Counted from the first letter of the stretch, positions 10,107 to 19,446 are shown. The stretch is DNA of 42,438 nt from Deferribacterota bacterium (GCA_034189185.1 JAXHVM010000001.1:1-42438); one strand, 5' to 3'. Notes: generated from the sequence alone by a model not told the origin. Made by a program: numbers and translations.

Positions 10107-10952
10107 GTGTATGAAAATATAATACTTCTATCAACAGGTATTATTGGTGGCATTCTTGGATTTATATTAGGTATTGGTGGTGGCATCATAATAATGCCTG
10201 TATTAGTGTTATTATTAGGCTACCCATTTCATGCTGCAGTACCTGCAAGTTTATTGGCAATAGTAGCTAATAGTTCTGTGGCAGCAGCAAACAATATAGA
10301 AAAGGGTAATGTAAATATACCTCTTGGTTTGACACTTGAGTGTGCAACTGTTTTTTTTGCAATTGTTGGTGGTTTTTTAAGTTTAGGATTGAATGAAAAA
10401 TATCTTATATTCTTATTTAGTATAGCTGTATTAATATTAGCCATCATTTATATAAGAGATATTTTTAAAAATAATAACGAAAATGACATAAAAGATTATA
10501 AAATTTTAAACTTAGAGAAGAAAACATATTTTTCAGATTATTATTATGATGAAATAATAAGAGAGAGAGTATTCTATAATGCTAAAAATATACCAATTTC
10601 AATTTTGTTTTCATCAATTGCTGGCATACTGTCAAGTATGCTTGGTATAGGGGGCGGTTTTTTAAAGGTTCCTGCAATGAATTTAATCTCTAAGATGCCA
10701 ATCAAGGCAGCAACTGCTACAAGTAATTTTATGATATCCTTAACTGCCTCAGCTGGTGCATTGGTTTATATTCTTTATGGTGATATAGACTTAAATTTAA
10801 TCTCAGTGATTGTTATAGGTGTCTTTATTGGCTCACAAATCTCAAATAGATATTTTAGTAAGGTTAGGGATGTAAAAGTTAAAATATTGTTTACAATTAT
10901 ACTGTTTGTTATGGCAATACAGATGTTTCTAAAGGCCTTTTTTTATGAATGA
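10107..10952 (+). CDS. TauE/SafE (TSUP) family anion permease
   Basis: 281 aa with a GTG start. Multiple TM helices carry the duplicated GIGGG motif (GIGGGIIIMPVL and GIGGGFLKVPAM) typical of TSUP transporters. Confidence 0.75.
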   Translation: MYENIILLSTGIIGGILGFILGIGGGIIIMPVLVLLLGYPFHAAVPASLLAIVANSSVAAANNIEKGNVNIPLGLTLECATVFFAIVGGFLSLGLNEKYLIFLFSIAVLILAIIYIRDIFKNNNENDIKDYKILNLEKKTYFSDYYYDEIIRERVFYNAKNIPISILFSSIAGILSSMLGIGGGFLKVPAMNLISKMPIKAATATSNFMISLTASAGALVYILYGDIDLNLISVIVIGVFIGSQISNRYFSKVRDVKVKILFTIILFVMAIQMFLKAFFYE

Positions 10953-11217
10953 TTTTAGATTTATATCAAAAGTCTATAAAAGTGGTATATATTTGTCACT
11001 CTTGTTGATTGTTATATCATATTTTTTAGAGTTTTTAATAAATATTAATATATTTAATATTAAATATATAGCTATTATAATTCTTGTTATTACACCTTTT
11101 ATTGTGTTATTAAAATTACTCATATATTTTATAGTAAAGAAAAACTATTATAATTTTATAATTTCTTTTATTTTAATAGTCAATATATTAGTTGTTTTAT
11201 ATCTAAAACTTAGATGA
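10945..11217 (+). CDS. Small membrane protein (possibly the DUF1634-type partner of TSUP permeases)
   Basis: 90 aa, very hydrophobic. Its start overlaps the TSUP stop (ATGAATGA) and its stop overlaps the ispG start (ATGA). The family name is from memory only. Confidence 0.45.
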   Translation: MNDFRFISKVYKSGIYLSLLLIVISYFLEFLININIFNIKYIAIIILVITPFIVLLKLLIYFIVKKNYYNFIISFILIVNILVVLYLKLR

Positions 11218-12278
11218 ATAATATAAAAAGAAGAAAAACAAAAAGGATTAAACTAGGCTCAGTCTATATTGGTGGTAATAGTCCAATTTCTGTTCAGACT
11301 ATGACTAATACAAAAACTGAGGATTACGACAAAACTATAAAACAGATTGATGAATTAATTAGTGCAGGTGCAGAAATTATTAGGTTAACAATCCCAACTA
11401 ATGAAGCAGTTTTTACTTTAAAAAAGATTAAAAATTATATATCTATACCTATTATTGCTGATATCCATTTTGATTATAATATGGCTATAAAGGCTATTGA
11501 GGCAGGTGCCGATGGTATTAGGATCAATCCTGGTAATTTTCCCTTTAAAAAACTTGATAATATAATTGATGCGGCCAAACAGAATGATAGGGCTATACGT
11601 ATTGGTGTTAATGCAGGCTCACTTAAGAGTAAATATTTAAAGAAATATGGTGCTGTTGAGGGTTTAGTTGGATCTGCATTAGATTATATAGATATCTTTG
11701 AAAAAAGAGGGTTTAATAATATAAAAGTCTCTGTCAAATCAAGTGATGTAATTAATACAATACAAGCATACAGAATGATTGCTTCAAAATGTGATTATCC
11801 GCTGCATTTAGGTATAACTGAGGCAGGGATAGGTGATTATGCAATTGTAAAGTCATCAATAGGTATAGGAAGTCTTTTGTTAGATGGTATTGGGGATACA
11901 ATAAGGGTATCCCTTACAGGGAATCCAGTTAAAGAGGTTTACGTTGGCAAAGCTATACTTAGAAGTTTATCACTTAGAGAAGAAGGAGTTGAGATTATAA
12001 GCTGTCCAACCTGCGGAAGGTGTACTATAGATATTGAGAATTTGGCAAAGAAGATTGAACAATTACTTTCAAATTGTAAGATTCCAGTAAAAATTGCTGT
12101 AATGGGTTGTATTGTTAATGGGCCAGGAGAGGCAAGACAAGCTGACTATGGTATTGCTGCTGAAAATGGCGAAGCTGTAATATTTAAAAAAGGGAGAGTT
12201 TTAATGAAAGTAAAAGAAGAGGATATTTTGCAGAATTTTTTAAACCTCTTAACAAACGAAGGGTTGATTAGTAGATAA
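11214..12278 (+). CDS. ispG: 4-hydroxy-3-methylbut-2-en-1-yl diphosphate synthase IspG (GcpE)
   Basis: 354 aa. Motifs: ISVQTMTNT, IADIHFDY, RINPGN. Cluster ligands ISCPTCGRC and VMGCIVNGPGEA. Confidence 0.95.
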   Translation: MNNIKRRKTKRIKLGSVYIGGNSPISVQTMTNTKTEDYDKTIKQIDELISAGAEIIRLTIPTNEAVFTLKKIKNYISIPIIADIHFDYNMAIKAIEAGADGIRINPGNFPFKKLDNIIDAAKQNDRAIRIGVNAGSLKSKYLKKYGAVEGLVGSALDYIDIFEKRGFNNIKVSVKSSDVINTIQAYRMIASKCDYPLHLGITEAGIGDYAIVKSSIGIGSLLLDGIGDTIRVSLTGNPVKEVYVGKAILRSLSLREEGVEIISCPTCGRCTIDIENLAKKIEQLLSNCKIPVKIAVMGCIVNGPGEARQADYGIAAENGEAVIFKKGRVLMKVKEEDILQNFLNLLTNEGLISR

Positions 12279-12279
12279 A

Positions 12280-14742
12280 ATGAGCTTTTTTGAGAAGAAA
12301 AAGTTAAAACAATTTCTAACTGAGAGTAATCTTCTTAAAGTTAATGTAATAAGTAGTGTTATAATTATTACCTTTCTGGTGATTTCATTAGGTAGTTTTT
12401 TTATATATAGTCAATATAGTAATTATAAAAAGTCTTTAAAATACAATAGAGACAATATTATTAAAGATAGAAAAGATGATATAAGAAATAGGGTTGAACA
12501 ACTTGTTTCAGTAATTGACACCTATTATCAGAACAATCAAAGATTTCTTCATAGAGTTTTAAAAGAACATGTATTTATGGCTGAGGATGTCGCAACAGAT
12601 CTATATGAATGGTATAAGAATCAATTAAATAATGAAGAATTAAAAGGATTAATTGTTAATACTTTAGGGGAGATTAGGTTTGCTGTTGGTAATTCATATA
12701 TCTACATTAATGACTTAGATGGAGTCTCTATATTACAGCCTGCATTCCCAGAGTTTGAGGGTGTTAATTTATTATCATTAAATAAAGATCATTTTTTTAA
12801 GAGTATTGTAGAAAAGGATATTAAATTTTTAAAATCTAATGAACAAGGTTTTGTTATCTATAAGAAATATGTAGGATTTGTAAAAAAGATTCCAATCTTT
12901 AACTGGTATATTGGTAGTTTTGTAGATATGGATATAATTGAAGGTACTTTAAAAAAAGATATTTTAGAGATGTTAAGACAAAGAGTGGCTGATGATAGAT
13001 ATATGCTTACCCTTTTTGAGGTCAATAATTTAGAGGGTGGCAAGAATTTTGCAAAAATATTGATACGTCAATCAAACCCAAAAGAAGAGGGCAAATTTAT
13101 TTCAGATAACGCTACTGATATTAGGGGTATTGAGTACAGAAAAAAATATTTAAAAAGTATAAGAGAAAAAGGTAGCTCCTTTATAAGTTTTGAATTACCA
13201 GATAAAAATGTTAAGAGAAAAGATATACTTGCATACCTATATTATTATCCAAGGTTTAACTGGTTAATTTCGATTAATGTCTCTATGGATGATATTGAAA
13301 AAATGTATAAAAGCGTAATAACTAATGTTAAGAAGGATCTATTTGTTCAGTTATTAATCACTATTTTGCTTTTTGTCCTTTTTGCTAGTGTAGCTTTTGT
13401 TATATCATTATTCTTTTCGAAGCTTATTTGGCGTATTTTTCAAAATTATAGGAATCAGATTGAAGATAAGACAAAATCTCTTATATCAGCCCAAAATGAA
13501 TTAAGGAGAAGATTATATTATAATTTAGATACTAATCTGCCAAGCTTTGAGAAATTTAGGGAGGATCTTAATTATATCAATATGAATAATAGATGTTTTG
13601 CAGCGGGTATTATATATCTAGAGAACTATAATCTACTAAAAAATTATTATGGACTAGAGATAGGTAAGGATATATTCAAGATGCTTGCAGATGAAGTTGT
13701 GGCTTTCTTTGGGAAGAGTGAGTTCAATATATATCATTACAGTGAAGATACATTAGCACTTTTGGCAACTTACGAGAGCAATATTGATAAGAAATATCTT
13801 CAAGAAGTAGCCGAAAGATTTGTTAATTATGTAAATAATAAAAGGTATATTCTGCCAGAACATAAATTTGCTATAGATTTTGTTGTATATACAGTTTTTG
13901 TGTATAATACCCCAATTGCCATGGAGGCTTTAGGTTTTGGAATAGAAGAGGCAAAAAGAAATAAAATTTATTCAATGGTTTATGATAACTATGAATCTAC
14001 AAAAAATTATTTTCAAAATACAATTATATGGTCTAGAAAGGTAAAAGAGGCTCTAGATGAATATAGGATTATCCCATTCTATCAACCAATCTATGATAGA
14101 AATAATAATATAATAAGTTATGAATCATTGGTTAGATTAATTGACAATAATGGTGATATCATTAGTCCTGCTCTATTTTTGGACATTACAAGGAGAAGTA
14201 ACCTATATTCGCAGATTACAAAACGCATGTTTGATGAGTCCTTTAAATGTTTTAAGGATAGCGGTATTAATTTTTCTGTAAATGTAAATATTGAGGATTT
14301 TTATAATAATGAAACTTTTAATTATATAAAAGAAGTTTTAAATAATAATAAAGAAGTGGCAAAGCGCTTTACTTTTGAGATTGTTGAGAGTGAAAATATT
14401 AATGATTATGATCTGTTTGGTAAATACATTAGATCTTTAAAGGAAAGCTACAATGTTAAATTTGCTATTGATGATTTTGGTTCTGGTTATTCTAACTTCT
14501 CCCATATTCTTAGCCTTGATATAGATTATCTTAAGGTTGACGGAACACTTATCAAAAATTTAGATAGGGATAAAGATATGGAGATACTTGTAAGCTCAAT
14601 AATATATTTTGCAAAACAATTAAATCTTAAAACAATTGCTGAATTTGTTCATAGCGAAGAAATCTTAAAGAAAACATATGAACTAGGTTTTGATTATTTT
14701 CAAGGATTTTATTTGGGAGCACCTAAGAGAGATATTTTTTAA
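12280..14742 (+). CDS. Membrane sensor: periplasmic Cache-like region, degenerate GGDEF, EAL phosphodiesterase domain
   Basis: 820 aa. TM helices lie near residues 25-45 and 355-378, flanking about 310 aa with Cache-like motifs (YIYINDLDGVSILQPAFPEFEGVNL). The GGDEF position reads HYSEDTL (degenerate). The EAL domain has ISYESLVRL, DDFGSGYSNFS, KVDG, AEFV and QGFYLG. Confidence 0.8.
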   Translation: MSFFEKKKLKQFLTESNLLKVNVISSVIIITFLVISLGSFFIYSQYSNYKKSLKYNRDNIIKDRKDDIRNRVEQLVSVIDTYYQNNQRFLHRVLKEHVFMAEDVATDLYEWYKNQLNNEELKGLIVNTLGEIRFAVGNSYIYINDLDGVSILQPAFPEFEGVNLLSLNKDHFFKSIVEKDIKFLKSNEQGFVIYKKYVGFVKKIPIFNWYIGSFVDMDIIEGTLKKDILEMLRQRVADDRYMLTLFEVNNLEGGKNFAKILIRQSNPKEEGKFISDNATDIRGIEYRKKYLKSIREKGSSFISFELPDKNVKRKDILAYLYYYPRFNWLISINVSMDDIEKMYKSVITNVKKDLFVQLLITILLFVLFASVAFVISLFFSKLIWRIFQNYRNQIEDKTKSLISAQNELRRRLYYNLDTNLPSFEKFREDLNYINMNNRCFAAGIIYLENYNLLKNYYGLEIGKDIFKMLADEVVAFFGKSEFNIYHYSEDTLALLATYESNIDKKYLQEVAERFVNYVNNKRYILPEHKFAIDFVVYTVFVYNTPIAMEALGFGIEEAKRNKIYSMVYDNYESTKNYFQNTIIWSRKVKEALDEYRIIPFYQPIYDRNNNIISYESLVRLIDNNGDIISPALFLDITRRSNLYSQITKRMFDESFKCFKDSGINFSVNVNIEDFYNNETFNYIKEVLNNNKEVAKRFTFEIVESENINDYDLFGKYIRSLKESYNVKFAIDDFGSGYSNFSHILSLDIDYLKVDGTLIKNLDRDKDMEILVSSIIYFAKQLNLKTIAEFVHSEEILKKTYELGFDYFQGFYLGAPKRDIF

Positions 14743-14747
14743 AAAGA

Positions 14748-15260
14748 TTATTCAATTAGGGCTAATTTTTGATCAGACGTGACAGAATCACCAACATTTA
14801 TATATATCTCTTTAACTACACCGTCTTTTGCTGCCTTTATCTCATTCTCCATCTTCATGGCTACTAAAATTAATATAGCTTGGCCTTCTTTTACCTCATC
14901 ACCAGAATCTACCAAAATTTTACCTATACTTCCTGACATTGGTGCAGTAAGAATCTGCTTGCCCTCTGCTTTTATAGCTTTTTTGTCCTTTAACATTTTT
15001 TTAATCTCATCTAAGATCTCTATCTCATAGAAATCACCATTTGTTAGTACCTCAAATCTATCGTTATGTTCAGTAATATCAACTGCATAGGATTTGTTAT
15101 CAATTATTATTGAATAAATACTCTCAGATATTTGCACAAAATCAACTATATGTAGTTCGTTATTTATTTTTACTTCAAAATAGCCGTTCTTTCTTTCTAC
15201 TATTTCTACTTTATATTCAGAACCCTCTGCCTCAGCATAATACTTCCTTTTTGTAATCAT
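14748..15260 (-). CDS. Biotin carboxyl carrier protein subunit of an acyl-CoA carboxylase
   Basis: 170 aa. The C-terminal biotinyl domain carries the AMKMENEI motif. An extra N-terminal domain of about 90 aa is present. Last gene of the carboxylase operon. Confidence 0.8.
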   Translation of the reverse strand: MITKRKYYAEAEGSEYKVEIVERKNGYFEVKINNELHIVDFVQISESIYSIIIDNKSYAVDITEHNDRFEVLTNGDFYEIEILDEIKKMLKDKKAIKAEGKQILTAPMSGSIGKILVDSGDEVKEGQAILILVAMKMENEIKAAKDGVVKEIYINVGDSVTSDQKLALIE

Positions 15261-15307
15261 TCTTGTAAACCTCCTTTATTATAGATTGAATTAACTAAGG
15301 CTATCTC

Positions 15308-16828
15308 TCAAAATAATCGTTGAATATTCATTAATCTGCCTATCCTTTTCCAATTGTTTTCGTAAACTCCTTCTTTTTCTGTCAAGCTTTCAGCTGCTGC
15401 TTTCTTTTCGGAAAGAAGTTGTTTTATGCTTGCAGCAATTATTGCCACAGAAGGGTCCTCCTCCTTCCTTCTCTGCATCTCCTCAACATTGAACTGATTG
15501 TCGATAAATCCAGTATCATATATACCTTTTATAAATGTATTATTTTTTAGCACACTTTGATGAAAGGGTATATTGCTTTTTATCCCAAGCAATATGAACT
15601 CAGATAATATTCTCCTCATATTGATAATTGCACCATATCTAGTTTTATCATGTGCACATACCTTTGCCATTAATGGGTCATAGAAAAGAGGTATTTCATA
15701 ACCGTCGTAAACACCAGATTCAACACGAACATTTGGCCCCTCAGGAGCATGGTATACCTTTATTAATCCTGGTGAGGGCATAAAATTATTAGTTGGGTCT
15801 TCAGCGCATATTCTACACTCTATAGCATGGCCATCCCTTTTTATCTCATCTTGTTTATATGATATTTGCTTATCTTCAGCGATTAGGATCATCTCTCTAA
15901 CAATATCAACACCTGTAACTATTTCTGTTATAGGGTGTTCAACTTGCAGTCTAGTATTCATCTCAAGAAAGTAAAATTTTTTATCTTTTCCCACAATAAA
16001 CTCTAATGTACCTGCACTAATATAACCAATTGTTTTTATTGCTTTAACGGCAACCTCAAACATCTCTTTTCTTGTGTTATCGTCAATAAAAGGGGATGGG
16101 GTCTCCTCAATAAGTTTTTGATGCCTTCTCTGTATTGAACACTCCCTTTCAAATAAGTGAACATAGTTTCCATGTTTATCACCAAGAACTTGGACCTCTA
16201 CGTGGTGGGGTTCTTCTATATATTTTTCAATATACAGATCACCATTCCCAAAAGAGGATTGAGCCTCTGATGTGGCAAGCCTGAAGGAAGGTTCAAAATC
16301 CTTAATATCTTTTATTATTCTCATGCCTTTGCCGCCACCACCATAAACTGCCTTTAACATAATGGGCAACCCTATATCCACAGCAACTTTTTTAGCTTCA
16401 TTTATATCCCTTATAGGATTTTTAGTCCCTGGTATTATTGGGACACCTGCAGAGTTCATAATATGCCTTGCTGCAGTTTTAGAGCCCATATCATTAATAT
16501 GTTTAGGATGAGGGCCAATAAATATTAAACCAGCATCTTCCACACTTTGTGCAAAATCTGCATTTTCTGCATAAAAGCCATAGCCAGGGTGTATAGCAGC
16601 ATTTGTTTTTTTGGCAATATCTATGATTTTATCCTTTTTTAGATAAGTATGGTCATCTTTATTATCGCTTATTAAATATGCTTCATCTGCATATCTTACA
16701 TGCGGAGCTTTTCTGTCAGCATGTGTGTAGATAGCAATTGTTCTTATGCCCATTTTTCTACAGGTTCTAAAAATTCTAATGGCAATCTCTCCTCTATTTG
16801 CCACTAATACCTTATCTATTTTAGCCAT
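15308..16828 (-). CDS. accC: Biotin carboxylase subunit (ATP-grasp)
   Basis: 506 aa. Motifs: KVLVANRGEIAIRI, GGGGKGMRI, EMNTRLQVEHPITE. It has a C-terminal extension relative to a minimal AccC. Confidence 0.9.
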   Translation of the reverse strand: MAKIDKVLVANRGEIAIRIFRTCRKMGIRTIAIYTHADRKAPHVRYADEAYLISDNKDDHTYLKKDKIIDIAKKTNAAIHPGYGFYAENADFAQSVEDAGLIFIGPHPKHINDMGSKTAARHIMNSAGVPIIPGTKNPIRDINEAKKVAVDIGLPIMLKAVYGGGGKGMRIIKDIKDFEPSFRLATSEAQSSFGNGDLYIEKYIEEPHHVEVQVLGDKHGNYVHLFERECSIQRRHQKLIEETPSPFIDDNTRKEMFEVAVKAIKTIGYISAGTLEFIVGKDKKFYFLEMNTRLQVEHPITEIVTGVDIVREMILIAEDKQISYKQDEIKRDGHAIECRICAEDPTNNFMPSPGLIKVYHAPEGPNVRVESGVYDGYEIPLFYDPLMAKVCAHDKTRYGAIINMRRILSEFILLGIKSNIPFHQSVLKNNTFIKGIYDTGFIDNQFNVEEMQRRKEEDPSVAIIAASIKQLLSEKKAAAESLTEKEGVYENNWKRIGRLMNIQRLF

Positions 16829-16847
16829 ATATTACTCCTTATATGTT

Positions 16848-18392
16848 TTATAAAGGTAGATTATCATGCTTTTTAGGTGGGTTAGTTTGTCTCTTATTTG
16901 ATAATAACTCAAGGGCTTGTATTACTTTTGTTCTTGTATTCTCTGGTATTATTATCTCATCAATAAATCCTAATTCTGCTGCTCTATAGGGGTTTGCAAA
17001 GGTTTTTCTATATTCTTCAACTAGCTCTTTCTTTCTCTTTTCTGGATCTTTTGCTGATTTTATATCATTTCTAAACAATATATTAACTGCTCCATCTGGC
17101 CCCATAACAGCAATCTCAGCTGTTGGATAAGCATAATTTATATCACCCCTGATATGTTTTGAGCTTAATACGTCATATGCGCCACCGTATGCTTTCCTTG
17201 TTATAATAGTAATCTTTGGAACAGTAGATTCGCAATATGCATAGAGTAGTTTTGCACCATGTTTAATAATGCCGTTATATTCTTGATTGGTTCCTGGCAT
17301 AAAACCAGGGACGTCAACGAGTGTTAATAGGGGAATATTAAAACAATCACAGAATCTAACAAATCTTGCACCTTTTATTGATGAGTCAACATCGAGTGCA
17401 CCAGCTAAAACTTGAGGTTGATTTGCAAGTATACCAACAGTTTTACCATTAAACCTTGCAAAACCAACCACTAGATTCTTAGCATATAACTCTTGTACTT
17501 CAAGAAAGTAGTTATCATCTACAATTTTTGTTATAATGCTTTTAATATCATAAGCTTGATTAGGATTCTCTGGCACAATCTTGTTTAATTCACTATCTGT
17601 TCTATTTGGATCGTCCTTGGTAGGTTTTATTGGAGGGTCGTCTAGGTTGTTAGATGGTAAAAAACTGAGTAGTTCCCTAATCTTTAATAAGCATTCCTCA
17701 TCATTATCAGCTATAAAATGTGCTACACCACTTTTAGTGTTATGCGTTACAGCGCCACCTAATTCGTCTTTTGTTACAATTTCATTTGTTACTGTTTTTA
17801 CAACATCAGGACCAGTAATAAACATATAGCTTGTATCTTTTACCATAAATATAAAATCAGTAAGTGCTGGGGAGTATACTGCTCCACCTGCACAAGGGCC
17901 CATAATAGCTGATATCTGAGGGATTACACCTGATGATAAAGAGTTTCTTAAAAATATATCAGCATATCCGGCGAGGGATAATACTCCTTCTTGTATTCTA
18001 GCTCCACCTGAATCATTTAATCCTATAATTGGATCCCCATTTTGGAGGGCTAGATCCATTATTTTACATATTTTTTTTGCAAAATATTCTGAGAGCGATC
18101 CCCCAAAAACTGTAAAATCTTGCGAAAAGATATATACCTTTCTGCCAGCAATTTTTCCATATCCTGTAACTACACCATCGCCTAAGTAGGAATTTTTCTC
18201 CATATCAAAATAATGACATCTATGTCTAACAAATTTATCTAACTCAACAAAGGTTCCTTTATCTAACAGCTTTTCAATTCTCTCTCTAGCTGTTAATTTG
18301 CCTGCACTATGTTGTTTTTTAATCCTCTCTATACCTCCACCTAACTCTGCTAATTCATTCAGCTTCTTTAGCTCATTAATCTTGTCTTCCAC
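16848..18392 (-). CDS. pccB: Acyl-CoA carboxylase carboxyltransferase subunit (propionyl-CoA carboxylase beta / methylmalonyl-CoA carboxyltransferase family)
   Basis: 514 aa. Motifs: [22 protein letters not shown], and the C-terminal PKKHDNLPL typical of this family. First gene of a CT-BC-BCCP operon. Confidence 0.85.
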   Translation of the reverse strand: MEDKINELKKLNELAELGGGIERIKKQHSAGKLTARERIEKLLDKGTFVELDKFVRHRCHYFDMEKNSYLGDGVVTGYGKIAGRKVYIFSQDFTVFGGSLSEYFAKKICKIMDLALQNGDPIIGLNDSGGARIQEGVLSLAGYADIFLRNSLSSGVIPQISAIMGPCAGGAVYSPALTDFIFMVKDTSYMFITGPDVVKTVTNEIVTKDELGGAVTHNTKSGVAHFIADNDEECLLKIRELLSFLPSNNLDDPPIKPTKDDPNRTDSELNKIVPENPNQAYDIKSIITKIVDDNYFLEVQELYAKNLVVGFARFNGKTVGILANQPQVLAGALDVDSSIKGARFVRFCDCFNIPLLTLVDVPGFMPGTNQEYNGIIKHGAKLLYAYCESTVPKITIITRKAYGGAYDVLSSKHIRGDINYAYPTAEIAVMGPDGAVNILFRNDIKSAKDPEKRKKELVEEYRKTFANPYRAAELGFIDEIIIPENTRTKVIQALELLSNKRQTNPPKKHDNLPL

Positions 18393-18499
18393 ATTAGCTC
18401 CTTTTTATATAAAATTTTTAACAGTAATATTATTATAACATTTATTTAAAGTTGTCAATGTGAAGCTACATATTTAATATCTAACATGAAAAAGTAGTA

Positions 18500-18528
18500 T
18501 TGACAAAACACTTTAATTTTATTATATA
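18500..18528 (+). promoter_or_regulatory. Sigma70-like promoter of the tRNA cluster
   Basis: TTGACA (18500-18505), 17-nt spacer, TATATA (18523-18528), 14 nt before tRNA-Gly. Confidence 0.5.
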
Positions 18529-18542
18529 TTTAAACACATAAT

Positions 18543-18615
18543 GCGGGTGTAGCTCAGCTGGTAGAGCGTGACCTTGCCAAGGTTGAGGTCGCGGGTTCGA
18601 GTCCCGTCACCCGCT
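18543..18615 (+). tRNA. tRNA-Gly (anticodon GCC)
   Basis: Hand-folded cloverleaf. Acceptor GCGGGTG/CACCCGC, D arm GCTC-AGCTGGTA-GAGC, anticodon loop TTGCCAA, T arm GCGGG-TTCGAGT-CCCGT. 73 nt, no encoded CCA. Confidence 0.9.
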
Positions 18616-18628
18616 TATTTTTTTTAAT

Positions 18629-18699
18629 GGCGACGTGGCCGAGTGGCTAGGCAGCGGTCTGCAAAACCGCGTACCCCGGTTCAATTCCGGGCGTCGCCT
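18629..18699 (+). tRNA. tRNA-Cys (anticodon GCA)
   Basis: Acceptor GGCGACG/CGTCGCC, 3-bp D stem, anticodon stem GCGGT/ACCGC with loop CTGCAAA, T arm CCCGG-TTCAATT-CCGGG. 71 nt, no encoded CCA. Confidence 0.9.
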
Positions 18700-18705
18700 T
18701 ATGAA

Positions 18706-18778
18706 GCCCAGGTAGCTCAGTCGGTAGAGCAGGGGACTGAAAATCCCCGTGTCGGTGGTTCGATTCCGCCCCTGGGCA
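18706..18778 (+). tRNA. tRNA-Phe (anticodon GAA)
   Basis: Acceptor GCCCAGG/CCTGGGC, D arm GCTC-AGTCGGTA-GAGC, anticodon stem GGGGA/TCCCC with loop CTGAAAA, T arm GGTGG-TTCGATT-CCGCC. 73 nt, no encoded CCA. Confidence 0.9.
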
Positions 18779-18814
18779 TCACTTCTAAAGTTGGTGGTTA
18801 TATCTTTGTAATCC

Positions 18815-18833
18815 TTCAACTTCGAAAGTTGAA
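18815..18833. repeat. Hairpin repeat, copy 1 (TTCAACTT-CGA-AAGTTGAA; core ACTTCGAAAGT)
   Basis: Perfect 8-bp arms with a 3-nt loop, 37 nt after tRNA-Phe. A degenerate copy, ACTTCTAAAGT, sits at 18781-18791. Confidence 0.7.
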
Positions 18834-18868
18834 TTTCCCTATATACAAGTTGTTTCCTCACATTATTG

Positions 18869-18884
18869 GCTTCGCAAGTTGAAG
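18869..18884. repeat. Hairpin repeat, copy 2 (core GCTTCGCAAGT)
   Basis: CTTCGCAAGTTGAA (18870-18883) matches CTTCGAAAGTTGAA (18820-18833) at 13 of 14 positions, in direct orientation. Confidence 0.65.
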
Positions 18885-18957
18885 AAACCTTTAAATAAAA
18901 TTTTTAACCTGCGATTTAAGGAGACGTAAGAAGTCTATAACCTACAAAATGAAAAGA

Positions 18958-19446
18958 TCACTTATATCTAAGCCTCATATAGATTGTGCTGAAATATGAA
19001 TATCTATGATGTTTATTAAAACGACTTACAGGTCCACCGGGATAGTCATATTCATTATATCTAATATACACCTTTGTAGCTTCAGGTGGTGTTTTTATAG
19101 TGGTTTCTGTGCTTTTCCAAAAGTAGGAATATAATATGGGGCAGATATAGCTTTTTGTTTTTACAGTTTCATTATCATTGTTTTTAAAATAGAAAATCAA
19201 GTCACATCTCATTGTGGTGTCTCCCGAGATATTTGTTATTTTAATGTTTAAATCATTATTATCAGTCTCTTTTATTTCGTAACGCATCATTGGAGTTTCA
19301 TATATCCCATCACTGTTATACTCTAAATATAGACCACCACATCCATAAATAGCCAGTATAAAAATTAATATTAATAAAATTGTATTATAATTACTTCTAT
19401 AACGCCTATTATAAAACCTATTATAAAACCTAATAAGTTTATCCAT
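18958..19446 (-). CDS. Hypothetical lipoprotein
   Basis: 162 aa. Basic N-region, hydrophobic stretch ILLILIFILAIYG followed by Cys (lipobox-like), then a polar beta-rich body. The ATG start overlaps the preceding gene by 76 nt, so the start is uncertain. Confidence 0.5.
   Translation of the reverse strand: MDKLIRFYNRFYNRRYRSNYNTILLILIFILAIYGCGGLYLEYNSDGIYETPMMRYEIKETDNNDLNIKITNISGDTTMRCDLIFYFKNNDNETVKTKSYICPILYSYFWKSTETTIKTPPEATKVYIRYNEYDYPGGPVSRFNKHHRYSYFSTIYMRLRYK

Noticed and set aside
18607-18882. Two track ORFs (18607..18861 minus, 18643..18882 plus) of 79-84 aa
   Set aside because: They run straight through the tRNA-Cys and tRNA-Phe genes and the hairpin repeats. Their openness comes from GC-rich tRNA sequence. 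They have no SD and no protein-like composition.
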